Positions 56,111-64,000 of a stretch of DNA of 64,000 nt are shown here, one piece after another; position 1 is the stretch's first letter, and every line of letters begins with the position of its first letter. The notes beneath the pieces are model-generated. The model was not told the origin of the DNA and searched no databases. It worked only from the letters and a program-made list of their open reading frames with translations. A program made the position numbers and the translations under genes. Source of the DNA: Betaproteobacteria bacterium RIFCSPLOWO2_12_FULL_68_20 (GTDB lineage Bacteria > Pseudomonadota > Gammaproteobacteria > Burkholderiales > SG8-39); contig MERQ01000001.1 of the NCBI GenBank assembly GCA_001770655.1, forward strand, positions 32,739 through 96,738. The letters run 5' to 3'.

Positions 56111-56764
56111 GTGCGGCCGGCGTATCCGCACCCGATCGTTGCCCGCGAAGGCTGGCCCTATCTAGGGATCTCGGTCGCGGCCTCCGCTGCGGCGGGATTG
56201 CTCCTCGGCTGGTGGTGGTCGGCGCCGTTCTGGCTCGCCGCGCTGTTCGTGCTGCAGTTCTTCCGCGATCCGCGGCGCGAGGCGCCGGACGATCCGCGCG
56301 CGGTGCTCGCGCCGGCGGACGGCCGCGTGGTCGAGGTCGGCCGCGCGCGCGATCCGTACCTGGAGCGCGAAGCGCTCAAGCTGAGCGTATTCATGAACGT
56401 GTTCAACGCGCACTCGAACCGCTCGCCGGTGGACGGGACGGTCGAGCGGCGCTGGTACCACGCGGGAAGCTTCCTCAACGCCTCGCTCGACAAGGCCTCG
56501 CTCGAAAACGAGAGGAACGCCCTATGGCTGCGCACCCGCGACGGCCAGGATGTGACCTGCGTGCAGGTGGCGGGACTGATCGCGCGCCGCATCCTGTGCT
56601 ATGTTGAGGCCGGGGCAGGGCTGGGGCGGGGAGAGCGATTCGGGTTCATCCGCTTCGGCTCGCGGCTCGACGTGTACCTTCCGCTCGACGCCGAAGCAAC
56701 AGCGGCGATCGGCGAGAAAGTGTACGGGGGAGAAACGGTCATCGCTCGACTCGCCGACGGGTGA
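56111..56764 (+). CDS. psd: phosphatidylserine decarboxylase family protein (short Asd-type proenzyme)
   Basis: 217 aa with N-terminal TM helices. Self-cleavage site context [15 protein letters not shown]. Confidence 0.8.
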   Translation: MRPAYPHPIVAREGWPYLGISVAASAAAGLLLGWWWSAPFWLAALFVLQFFRDPRREAPDDPRAVLAPADGRVVEVGRARDPYLEREALKLSVFMNVFNAHSNRSPVDGTVERRWYHAGSFLNASLDKASLENERNALWLRTRDGQDVTCVQVAGLIARRILCYVEAGAGLGRGERFGFIRFGSRLDVYLPLDAEATAAIGEKVYGGETVIARLADG

Positions 56765-56765
56765 C

Positions 56766-57548
56766 GTGAACGAAACGCTGCCGGAACCGTCGCAACTGCG
56801 CCCGACGCAGCTCGGCGCGCTGCGCCGCCGCGGCATCTACCTGCTGCCGAACCTGTTCACCACCGGGGTCCTGTTCGGCGGATTCTTCGCCATCGTGCAG
56901 GCGATGAACGGTCGCTTCGAGATCGCGGCGGTGGCGATCTACGTCGCGATGGTGCTCGACGGACTGGACGGGCGCATCGCGCGCTGGACCCACACGCAGA
57001 GCGAATTCGGCGCCGAGTACGACAGTCTCGCCGACATGGTCGCGTTCGGCGCGGCGCCGGCGCTGGTCGCCTACGAATGGGCGCTCAAGGACCTCGGGCG
57101 CCTCGGCTGGATCGCGGCGTTCGTCTACTGCGCCGGGGCGGCGATCCGCCTCGCGCGCTTCAACGTGAACATCGAGGTCGTCGACAAGCGCTTCTTCCAG
57201 GGGCTGCCGAGCCCGGCGGCGGCGGCGGTGGTCGCGGGGCTGGTGTGGGTGCTCAGCGATTTCGAGGTCGTCCGGCACGACTGGATGGCGGCGCTCGCCT
57301 GGGCGATCACGGTGTTCGCCGGGATCACCATGGTCTCGAACGTCCCCTTCTACAGCTTCAAGGAGATCAACTTCAAGAAGCGGGTGCCGCTGTGGGTGAT
57401 CCTCGCCAGCGTGGTCGGCATCACGGTGGTCGCCTCCAAGCCCTCGCTCGTCCTGTTCGCGCTGTTCGTTGCCTACGCGCTCTCCGGCTACGTCATCTGG
57501 GGGCGCGGGCAGCGCGTCAAGCCGCTCCCCGAGGACGAGTCCCCTTGA
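56766..57548 (+). CDS. pssA: CDP-diacylglycerol--serine O-phosphatidyltransferase
   Basis: CDP-alcohol phosphatidyltransferase motif DGLDGRIAR...GAEYDSLAD. GTG start 1 nt after the psd stop. Confidence 0.85.
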   Translation: MNETLPEPSQLRPTQLGALRRRGIYLLPNLFTTGVLFGGFFAIVQAMNGRFEIAAVAIYVAMVLDGLDGRIARWTHTQSEFGAEYDSLADMVAFGAAPALVAYEWALKDLGRLGWIAAFVYCAGAAIRLARFNVNIEVVDKRFFQGLPSPAAAAVVAGLVWVLSDFEVVRHDWMAALAWAITVFAGITMVSNVPFYSFKEINFKKRVPLWVILASVVGITVVASKPSLVLFALFVAYALSGYVIWGRGQRVKPLPEDESP

Positions 57549-57594
57549 TCTGAAGCAAGGGTCGGGCGCGCACCCCGCTTACGATGCGCGGGCG

Positions 57595-58719
57595 ATGTCC
57601 GCGCTGTTCGCCCTCGCTTTTCGCCCGTTCTACCTGCTCGCGGCGCTCGGCGCCGCCGCGGGCGTCGTCGGCTGGGTGGCGATGCTGGAAGGCCGTATCG
57701 ACGCGGTGAGCTTCCTGCCGGGGGTGCTCTGGCACCAGCACGAGATGGTGTTCGGATTCGCGCTCGCGGTGATCGCGGGGTTCCTGCTCACCGCGGGCCG
57801 GGTGTGGACCGGGTTGCCGACGCCGACCGGCGGCCCGCTCGCGGCGCTGGCGCTGCACTGGCTCGCCGCGAGGGTCTTCATGATCACCGGGCCGGCGCCG
57901 CTCGCGGCGGCGGTGGACGGCGCGTTCCCGTTCGTGCTGGCGGCGGTGGTGGCGCGAGTCATCTTCGGCTCGAGGAACGCGCGCAACTATTTCGTGGTGG
58001 CGCTGCTCGTCGCGCTCGGTTCGGCCGATCTCGCGTTCCACCTCGGTTTCGAGGAGCTCGCGGTGCGAGTCGCGCTCTACCTGGTGCTGACGCTGGTGGT
58101 CGTGATGGCCGGGAGAGTGGTGCCGTCGTTCACCGCCAACGCGCTTCCCCGGGCGCGCGTGGTGCGCCGCCCGCGGCTGGACCGCTGGTCGGTCGCCGCG
58201 ACGCTCGCCGCGTTCGCCGGCGACGCCCTCGGGCTCGGCGCGTGGGTCGTCGCGCCGGCGGCGCTCGCCGCCGCGGGGCTGCACGTCGCGAGGCAAGCCG
58301 GCTGGGCGCCGCTCGCGACCCGGCGCGAGCCGCTGCTGTGGAGCCTGCACGCCGCGCACGCCTGGTTTCCCGTCGCGTTGGTGCTGCTCGCGCTCGCCTC
58401 GATGGATATCGTCCCGCGCGCGGCGGCGCTGCACGCATTCGGGGCGGGGGTGCTCGGCGGCACGGTGATCGCGATGATCACGCGCACCGCGCTCGGCCAT
58501 ACCGGACGGGCGCTCGCCGCCGGGCGCGCCGAGACGCTCGCTTACGTCCTGGTGCACGCCGGCGCGTTGCTGCGCCTGCTCGCGACGCTCGCACCGGGGA
58601 TCGGCTACATGGAGCTCGTCGGCGCGTCCGGGCTTGCCTGGTCGGCGGCGTTTCTGGTCTATTTCGCGGTCTACCTGCCGCGTCTCATGCGGCCGCGACC
58701 GGACGGCAAGCCGGGCTAA
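57595..58719 (+). CDS. NnrS family membrane protein
   Basis: 374 aa with about 12 TM helices. FRPFYLLAALGAAAGVVGWV ... WHQHEMVFGF. Confidence 0.75.
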   Translation: MSALFALAFRPFYLLAALGAAAGVVGWVAMLEGRIDAVSFLPGVLWHQHEMVFGFALAVIAGFLLTAGRVWTGLPTPTGGPLAALALHWLAARVFMITGPAPLAAAVDGAFPFVLAAVVARVIFGSRNARNYFVVALLVALGSADLAFHLGFEELAVRVALYLVLTLVVVMAGRVVPSFTANALPRARVVRRPRLDRWSVAATLAAFAGDALGLGAWVVAPAALAAAGLHVARQAGWAPLATRREPLLWSLHAAHAWFPVALVLLALASMDIVPRAAALHAFGAGVLGGTVIAMITRTALGHTGRALAAGRAETLAYVLVHAGALLRLLATLAPGIGYMELVGASGLAWSAAFLVYFAVYLPRLMRPRPDGKPG

Positions 58720-58803
58720 AATGGGGTCAGATCAACATTTCCTTGGGGTAACTCGAGGGTCTCTGCCGGGTGCGGAAAAGTTGATCTGACCCCATTTTTC
58801 GAG
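58718..58803 (+). terminator. 19-bp perfect inverted repeat with a 43-nt spacer and a T-run; candidate terminator or miniature IR element
   Basis: AAAATGGGGTCAGATCAAC (58718-36) and GTTGATCTGACCCCATTTT (58780-98), followed by T. The left arm overlaps the nnrS stop. Confidence 0.6.
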
Positions 58804-58816
58804 CTATAGTCCGCGC

Positions 58817-58909
58817 ATGACCCCGGCGACCGCACTTCTCGTCGCGTCGCTCACCAGCCTGGCTCTCCTGCCGGCTGGCCTGCTGCTGCGCCTCGCGCGC
58901 ACACACTAA
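58817..58909 (+). promoter_or_regulatory. Leu-rich 30-codon upstream ORF, candidate leuA leader peptide
   Basis: [30 protein letters not shown] has 10 Leu including an LLL run. It ends 73 nt before the leuA ATG. There is no clear SD and no obvious T-run terminator. Confidence 0.3.
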
Positions 58910-58982
58910 ACCCTCCAATTCGGCAGCACCCTTCCCGCCTACCCGGCGGCAAGGACTATTCGCATTCCCACGAGGAGCGGCC

Positions 58983-60530
58983 ATGAGCAAGCACAAGCTG
59001 ATCATCTTCGACACCACCATGCGCGACGGCGAGCAGAGCCCGGGCGCGTCCATGACCAGGGACGAGAAGCTGCGCATCGCGCGCGCGCTCGAGCGCATGC
59101 GCGTGGACGTGATCGAGGCGGGCTTCCCGGCGGCCTCGAACGGCGATTTCGAGGCGGTGCGCGCGATCGCGGGCGTGGTCAGGGACTCGACCGTCGCCGG
59201 CCTGTGCCGAGCCAACGACCGCGACATCCAGCGCGGCATCGACGCGCTGAAGGGCGCCAGGTCCTGGCGCGTCCACACCTTCATCGCCACCAGCCCGATC
59301 CACATGGAAAAGAAGCTGCGCATGAGCCCCGAGCAGGTGCTGGAGCAGGCGAAGCTCGCGGTGCGCTACGCGAGAAACGCTTGCCCGGATGTGGAATTCT
59401 CGCCCGAGGACGGCAGCCGCTCCGAGATCGACTTCCTGTGCCGGGTGCTCGAGGCGGTGATCGACGAGGGCGCGACCACCATCAACATCCCGGACACCGT
59501 CGGCTACGCGGTGCCGCAGCAGTTCGGCGAGCTGATCCGCGGGCTGCGCAGCCGCATCCCGAACTCCGACAAGGCGGTCTGGAGCGTGCACTGCCACAAC
59601 GATCTCGGCATGGCGGTGGCCAATTCGCTCGCCGCGGTGATGATCGGCGGCGCGCGCCAGATCGAGTGCACGATCAACGGCCTGGGCGAGCGCGCCGGCA
59701 ACGCCTCGCTCGAGGAGATCGTGATGGCGGTGCGGACGCGCAAGGACTTCTTCGGCGTGGAGACGCGGCTCGACGCCACGCAGATCGTGCCGACCTCGCG
59801 GCTGGTGTCGCAGATCACGGGTTTCACCGTGCAGCCCAACAAGGCGGTGGTGGGAGCGAACGCATTCGCTCACGCCTCGGGCATCCACCAGGACGGGGTG
59901 CTGAAAGCGCGCCAGACCTACGAGATCATGACCGCCGAGGACGTCGGCTGGACCACCAACAGGATCGTGCTCGGCAAGCTCTCCGGCCGCAACGCGTTCC
60001 GCCAGCGCCTGAAGGAGATCGGCGTCGAGCTGGAATCCGAGGACGCCTACAACAAGGCGTTCCAGCGCTTCAAGGACCTCGCCGACAAGAAGACGGAGAT
60101 CTTCGACGAGGACCTGCTGGCGCTGGTCGCGCAGGAAGCGGGCATTTCGTCCGACGAGCACTGGAAGCTCGTCACCATGAGCCAGGCGAGCGGCATGGGC
60201 GAGCGGCCACACGCCGCGGTGGTGCTGAAGGAAAACGGCGCCGAGAAGCACGCCGAGTCGCAGGGCGACGGGCCGGTGGACGCCACCTTCAAGGCGATCG
60301 AGGCGATCGCGAAGAGCGGGGCCGACCTGCTGCTCTACTCCGTGAACGCGGTGACGCAGGGCACCGAGTCCCAGGGCGAAGTGACAGTGCGCCTCGGGCG
60401 CGGCGGGCGTATCGTGAACGGGGTGGGCGCCGATACCGATATCATCGTGGCCTCGGCCAAGGCCTATATCGGCGCGCTCAACAAGCTGGAGAGCAAGATC
60501 GAGCGGCTCAATCCGCAGCACCAGCTCTAG
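58983..60530 (+). CDS. leuA: 2-isopropylmalate synthase
   Basis: [18 protein letters not shown]; [14 protein letters not shown]. 515 aa. Confidence 0.95.
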   Translation: MSKHKLIIFDTTMRDGEQSPGASMTRDEKLRIARALERMRVDVIEAGFPAASNGDFEAVRAIAGVVRDSTVAGLCRANDRDIQRGIDALKGARSWRVHTFIATSPIHMEKKLRMSPEQVLEQAKLAVRYARNACPDVEFSPEDGSRSEIDFLCRVLEAVIDEGATTINIPDTVGYAVPQQFGELIRGLRSRIPNSDKAVWSVHCHNDLGMAVANSLAAVMIGGARQIECTINGLGERAGNASLEEIVMAVRTRKDFFGVETRLDATQIVPTSRLVSQITGFTVQPNKAVVGANAFAHASGIHQDGVLKARQTYEIMTAEDVGWTTNRIVLGKLSGRNAFRQRLKEIGVELESEDAYNKAFQRFKDLADKKTEIFDEDLLALVAQEAGISSDEHWKLVTMSQASGMGERPHAAVVLKENGAEKHAESQGDGPVDATFKAIEAIAKSGADLLLYSVNAVTQGTESQGEVTVRLGRGGRIVNGVGADTDIIVASAKAYIGALNKLESKIERLNPQHQL

Positions 60531-60546
60531 GGAGGGGAGAACACCG

Positions 60547-61005
60547 ATGACGATGATCGAGGGGACCGAATCGCTTCGCCGCGTGGTCAACCGGTTCTCG
60601 GAGGCGGTCGGGAGCCTGCTGGTGGACGGCTTTCATTACCTGGCGCTGTTCGCCATCGGCGGCGCGATCGTCTGGTCGGCAGTGGTCGCGTTCCTGGGCA
60701 TGGCGGCGAAGGGCCACGCCTCCATCGAGGACATCCTGCTGCTTTTCATCTATCTCGAGCTCGGAGCGATGGTGGGGATCTACTTCAAGACCAACCATAT
60801 GCCGGTCCGCTTTCTCATCTACGTGGCGATGACGGCGCTCACCCGCATGCTGATCGCCGAGATCCAGGCGCATCAGCGGCCGGACTGGGGAATACTCCTG
60901 GTTTCGGGGGGAATCCTGCTGCTTGCGCTCGCGACGCTGGTGATCCGCTACGGCTCGGCGCGCTTTCCTTCCGCGATCACCGGCGCGGAACCCGGCGTCC
61001 GGTGA
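60547..61005 (+). CDS. psiE: PsiE-family membrane protein
   Basis: 152 aa with 4 TM helices. IEDILLLFIYLELGAMVGIYFKTNHMPVRFLIYVAMTALTR. Confidence 0.7.
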   Translation: MTMIEGTESLRRVVNRFSEAVGSLLVDGFHYLALFAIGGAIVWSAVVAFLGMAAKGHASIEDILLLFIYLELGAMVGIYFKTNHMPVRFLIYVAMTALTRMLIAEIQAHQRPDWGILLVSGGILLLALATLVIRYGSARFPSAITGAEPGVR

Positions 61006-61430
61006 GGGCGATCGCGCTGGCGCTTCTCCTTGCCGCAGCCGGCGTGGCCCACGCGCAGACGTACAAGTGCGTGGACGAGCGGGGCGTGACGCATTACACC
61101 GACAAGCCGCGGCCGGGCTGCAAGGGCGGCGAGGTGGACATCCGGCCCATTGCGCCGCTCGGGGGCAAGGTCAAGGCGCCGAGCGACGACCTCAAGAGCC
61201 AGGATGCGGAGTTCAGGCGCCGCCAGATCAGCCGCGAGCAGGCGGAATCGAAGGACCGCAAGGCGCTCGAGCAGCGCTGCCGGCGGGTGCGCAGCGAGCT
61301 GATGCGGCTGCAATCGGCCGGGCGCATCGCCAAGCTCAACGAGAAGGGCGAGCGCGTCTACATGGGCGATGCCGCGCGGCAGCAGCGCATCGAGCAGTTG
61401 AAGGGTGAATTCCGGGGGTGCCCGGAGTGA
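61002..61430 (+). CDS. DUF4124-domain exported protein
   Basis: Signal peptide, then the YKCVDERGVTHYTDKP motif. GTGA coupling. Confidence 0.65.
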   Translation: MRAIALALLLAAAGVAHAQTYKCVDERGVTHYTDKPRPGCKGGEVDIRPIAPLGGKVKAPSDDLKSQDAEFRRRQISREQAESKDRKALEQRCRRVRSELMRLQSAGRIAKLNEKGERVYMGDAARQQRIEQLKGEFRGCPE

Positions 61431-62389
61431 GGCTGCGCCAGGTGCCGAACTGCGGGTTGACGGTCTCGCTCGTCGGCCTGGGCTGCAACAACCTGGGCGG
61501 GCGGCTCGATGCCGAGTCGTCGGTCGCGCTGGTGCGCCACGCGCTCGATCGCGGCATCACCTTGTTCGACACAGCGGATATCTACCCGCTGGGAAAACCG
61601 GGAGTATCGGAAGAATGCCTCGGCCGCGGGCTCGGCGATCGCCGCAAGTACGTCGTTGTCGCCACGAAGTTCGGCAAGCCGATGGATCAGGGGAACACGC
61701 TGCGCGGCGCGTCGCGCCGCTACATCGCGCAGGCGGTCGAGGCGAGCTTGAAGCGCCTCGGCACCGACTGGATCGATCTGCTCCAGATCCATGAGCCGGA
61801 TCCCGCGACACCGATCGAGGAGACGCTGCGCGCGCTGGACGATCTGATCCGGGAGGGAAAGGTCCGGTACATCGCGTGCTCGAATTTTCCCGCCTGGCGA
61901 GTGGTCGAGGCGCAGTGGACCGCGCGCCACCACAACCTGAACGGCTTCGTCGCCTGCCAGGACGAGTACAGCCTGGTCCACCGCGCGCTCGACCGCGAGC
62001 TCGCGCCGGTGCTGACGGAATATCGTCTCGGGCTGCTGCCGTTCTTTCCGATCGCGGGCGGCCTGCTGACCGGCAAGTACGCCGGCAGGTCCATTCCCAA
62101 GGGCTCGCGCTTCGACAAGGCGCCCGTGTTCCAGGATCTGTTTCTCACCGAGGAGAAGCTGCGTCTGGTCGGCGAGCTCCAGGCGTTCTGCGCCAAGCGC
62201 GGCAAGAGCCTCGTCGAGCTCGCGTTCAGCTGGCTCGCGCGGCGGCCGTTCGTGTCGAGCGTCATCGCGGGGGCCTCGACGCCCGCGCAGGTCGAGCAGA
62301 ACGTGCGCGCGGTGGGGTGGGAGCTGACGGCGGACGACATGACGGAGATCGATCGCCTCACTCTGCCGACCGAACGGCCGAGGCACTAG
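61427..62389 (+). CDS. aldo/keto reductase
   Basis: GLGCNNLGG, GITLFDTADIY, LLQIHEPD. The GTG at 61427 overlaps the upstream stop; GTG 61418 is an alternative start. Confidence 0.85.
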   Translation: MRLRQVPNCGLTVSLVGLGCNNLGGRLDAESSVALVRHALDRGITLFDTADIYPLGKPGVSEECLGRGLGDRRKYVVVATKFGKPMDQGNTLRGASRRYIAQAVEASLKRLGTDWIDLLQIHEPDPATPIEETLRALDDLIREGKVRYIACSNFPAWRVVEAQWTARHHNLNGFVACQDEYSLVHRALDRELAPVLTEYRLGLLPFFPIAGGLLTGKYAGRSIPKGSRFDKAPVFQDLFLTEEKLRLVGELQAFCAKRGKSLVELAFSWLARRPFVSSVIAGASTPAQVEQNVRAVGWELTADDMTEIDRLTLPTERPRH

Positions 62390-62717
62390 ACCGGCTCAAC
62401 CGGGCGTACGCCACCGCCGCCGAGTAATAGGCGAGGCTCAGGACGATCTCTGCGGCGGCGAGCCATTGCGAAGCGCCGCGCTCGCTCCAGGCGCGCGTCA
62501 CGCCCTCGGCGAGATACGCGAGGATCAGCATGCTCGACCACTGGAAGGTGTAGCGCCGGCCGGCGAGCACGCCGGCGAGCGGCGCAACGAGCGGCAGCGC
62601 CTTCAGCGCGAGCAGCGAACCGCCCGGCCGCAGCGGCGCGAGCCACAGCTCCCATCCGAGGCACAGCAGGATCAGTCCCAGCAGCGAAACGAGCGCGGCG
62701 AGCCTGGTGATTTTCAA
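62358..62717 (-). CDS. DUF2069-family membrane protein
   Basis: 119 aa with 4 TM helices. TTG start. The 3' end overlaps the convergent AKR gene by 32 nt. Confidence 0.55.
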   Translation of the reverse strand: MKITRLAALVSLLGLILLCLGWELWLAPLRPGGSLLALKALPLVAPLAGVLAGRRYTFQWSSMLILAYLAEGVTRAWSERGASQWLAAAEIVLSLAYYSAAVAYARLSRSSASAVRSAE

Positions 62718-62739
62718 GCCACGGTATCATAGCGCCGGG

Positions 62740-63984
62740 ATGCAACTTCCCGACGCGCTGCCGAAGGATTTCAACGAGATTGCGCTGTTGGCGCGCGCGG
62801 TGGCGGCGCGCTTTCACGAGGAGCGCTGCTTCCAGCTCGCCGCGAGCCTCGCCTACACCACGTTGCTCGCGCTGGTGCCGTTGATCACCGTCGCGCTCGC
62901 GCTGATCACGGCGTTCCCGGTGTTCGGCGAATTCACCAGCCGGGTGGACGACTGGCTCACCGAGAACCTGCTGCCCGAGCAGGTCGCCGGAATCATCGCC
63001 GACTCGATCGGCCAGTTCACGGAAAAGGCCGGACGCCTCACCGCGCTCGGCATCGCCGGCCTCGCGCTCACCGCGGTGATGATGATGCTCACCATCGACC
63101 GGGGGATGAACCAGATCTTTCGCGTCACGCGCCCGCGCACCCTGGTGCAGCTGCTGGTCATGTACTGGGCGGTGCTCACGCTCGGGCCGATCCTGATCGG
63201 ACTGAGCGTCTCGATGACCACCTACCTGGTCTCGGAATCGCTCGGTCTGGCGAAAGGTCTGCCTCTGGTCGGCGACATGATCCTGCGCGTCACACCGGTG
63301 ATCCTCACCAGCGTTGCCATCATGCTGCTCTACCTCCTGGTGCCCAACCGCAGGGTGCGCATCCGCCATGCGCTGATCGGGGGCGTGGTCGCCGGAGTGC
63401 TCTTCGAGCTGACCAAGCGCGGCTTCGCGCTCTACGTGACGAAGTTTCCGACCTACACGCTGGTCTACGGCGCGTTCGCCGCGCTGCCGATCTTCCTGGT
63501 TTGGCTTTATGTCTCCTGGCTGGTGGTGCTGCTCGGCGCGTCGGTGACCGCCATCCTGCCCGGATATTCGCGCACGGAGCGCCGCGGGCGGCCCGCGGGC
63601 CTGCATTTCTTCGAGGCGCTGGACGTGCTCGGGCAGCTTGTCGCCGCGCAGCGCCACGGCCACGTCACGGCGCTCACGCCGCTCGCCCGGGGGCTGCTGC
63701 TTGCGCCGGAGCAGTGCGAGCGCATGCTCGAGCGCATGGCGGCGCTCGGCTGGGCGACCCGTACCGCGGGCGAGGGCTGGGTGCTCACGCGGGAAGCCGG
63801 TTCGCTCACCGTGGGCGACGTGTACGCGGCTTTCGTCTTCGACCCGCAGGCCGCGGCGGCGCGATACCAGGGCGCGGAGAAGCGCCCGGACACGCCGCTT
63901 TCGCAGCTCTTCGAAAGCACCGAGGAGACGCCGCCGGAGCGGCGCCGCTTCGAGCTGTTCACGATGCGCCGCGACCGCGCGTGA
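62740..63984 (+). CDS. YihY/BrkB (virulence factor BrkB / RNase BN-like) family membrane protein
   Basis: CFQLAASLAYTTLLALVPLITVALALITAFP ... YGAFAALPIFLVWLYVSWLVVLLGA. ATG at 62740. Confidence 0.8.
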   Translation: MQLPDALPKDFNEIALLARAVAARFHEERCFQLAASLAYTTLLALVPLITVALALITAFPVFGEFTSRVDDWLTENLLPEQVAGIIADSIGQFTEKAGRLTALGIAGLALTAVMMMLTIDRGMNQIFRVTRPRTLVQLLVMYWAVLTLGPILIGLSVSMTTYLVSESLGLAKGLPLVGDMILRVTPVILTSVAIMLLYLLVPNRRVRIRHALIGGVVAGVLFELTKRGFALYVTKFPTYTLVYGAFAALPIFLVWLYVSWLVVLLGASVTAILPGYSRTERRGRPAGLHFFEALDVLGQLVAAQRHGHVTALTPLARGLLLAPEQCERMLERMAALGWATRTAGEGWVLTREAGSLTVGDVYAAFVFDPQAAAARYQGAEKRPDTPLSQLFESTEETPPERRRFELFTMRRDRA

Positions 63985-64000
63985 GCGCAAACCCGATCCC

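Overview
This is a GC-rich bacterial chromosomal window; third codon positions are almost all G/C. All calls come from reading the ORF translations and the DNA by eye, with no database search. Gene order (pepA-holC-valS beside lptFG; ECF sigma-DUF3619-DUF3106-RDD; ilvB-ilvN-ilvC-psd-pssA ... leuA) and the sulfur genes suggest a betaproteobacterial-type chemolithotrophic sulfur oxidiser. Layout: (1) 1-17.8 kb is a surface-glycan cluster with seven glycosyltransferases (GT4/GT-B, GT2 and one GT-C), a Wzx-like flippase, a DegT-type aminotransferase, a cupin, an epimerase, a GH43 lipoprotein and five methyltransferase genes. (2) 17.9-21.4 kb is a MacAB-type adaptor/ATPase/permease exporter. (3) 21.4-25.3 kb is soxYZAXB, with no soxCD in the window, followed by moaC and a BepA-like M48/TPR protease. 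(4) 27.5-33.4 kb holds a chrB-like gene divergent from sat-aprM-aprB-aprA plus a YfcE-like phosphoesterase. (5) 33.4-35.1 kb is a mosaic patch bracketed by ~93-bp direct repeats. It carries toxin-antitoxin modules, the first 28 codons of a type I-E cas1 fused to a truncated CRISPR repeat, one 32-nt spacer, a degenerate terminal repeat, and the 3' end of a second, divergent aprA. (6) 35.1-43.3 kb holds a SulP-STAS-cNMP transporter, tusA, an atypical pyruvate-kinase-family gene and a two-domain PPK2 (PAP). (7) 43.3-64 kb is housekeeping. Two signals merit a second look: the CRISPR-Cas fossil in the aprA-tail duplication, and a ~171-bp double-hairpin intergenic repeat. The repeat has three full and two variant copies, shows compensatory stem changes, and occupies every convergent gene junction that has intergenic space. 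Most long antisense ORFs in the track are GC-driven shadows and were not called.
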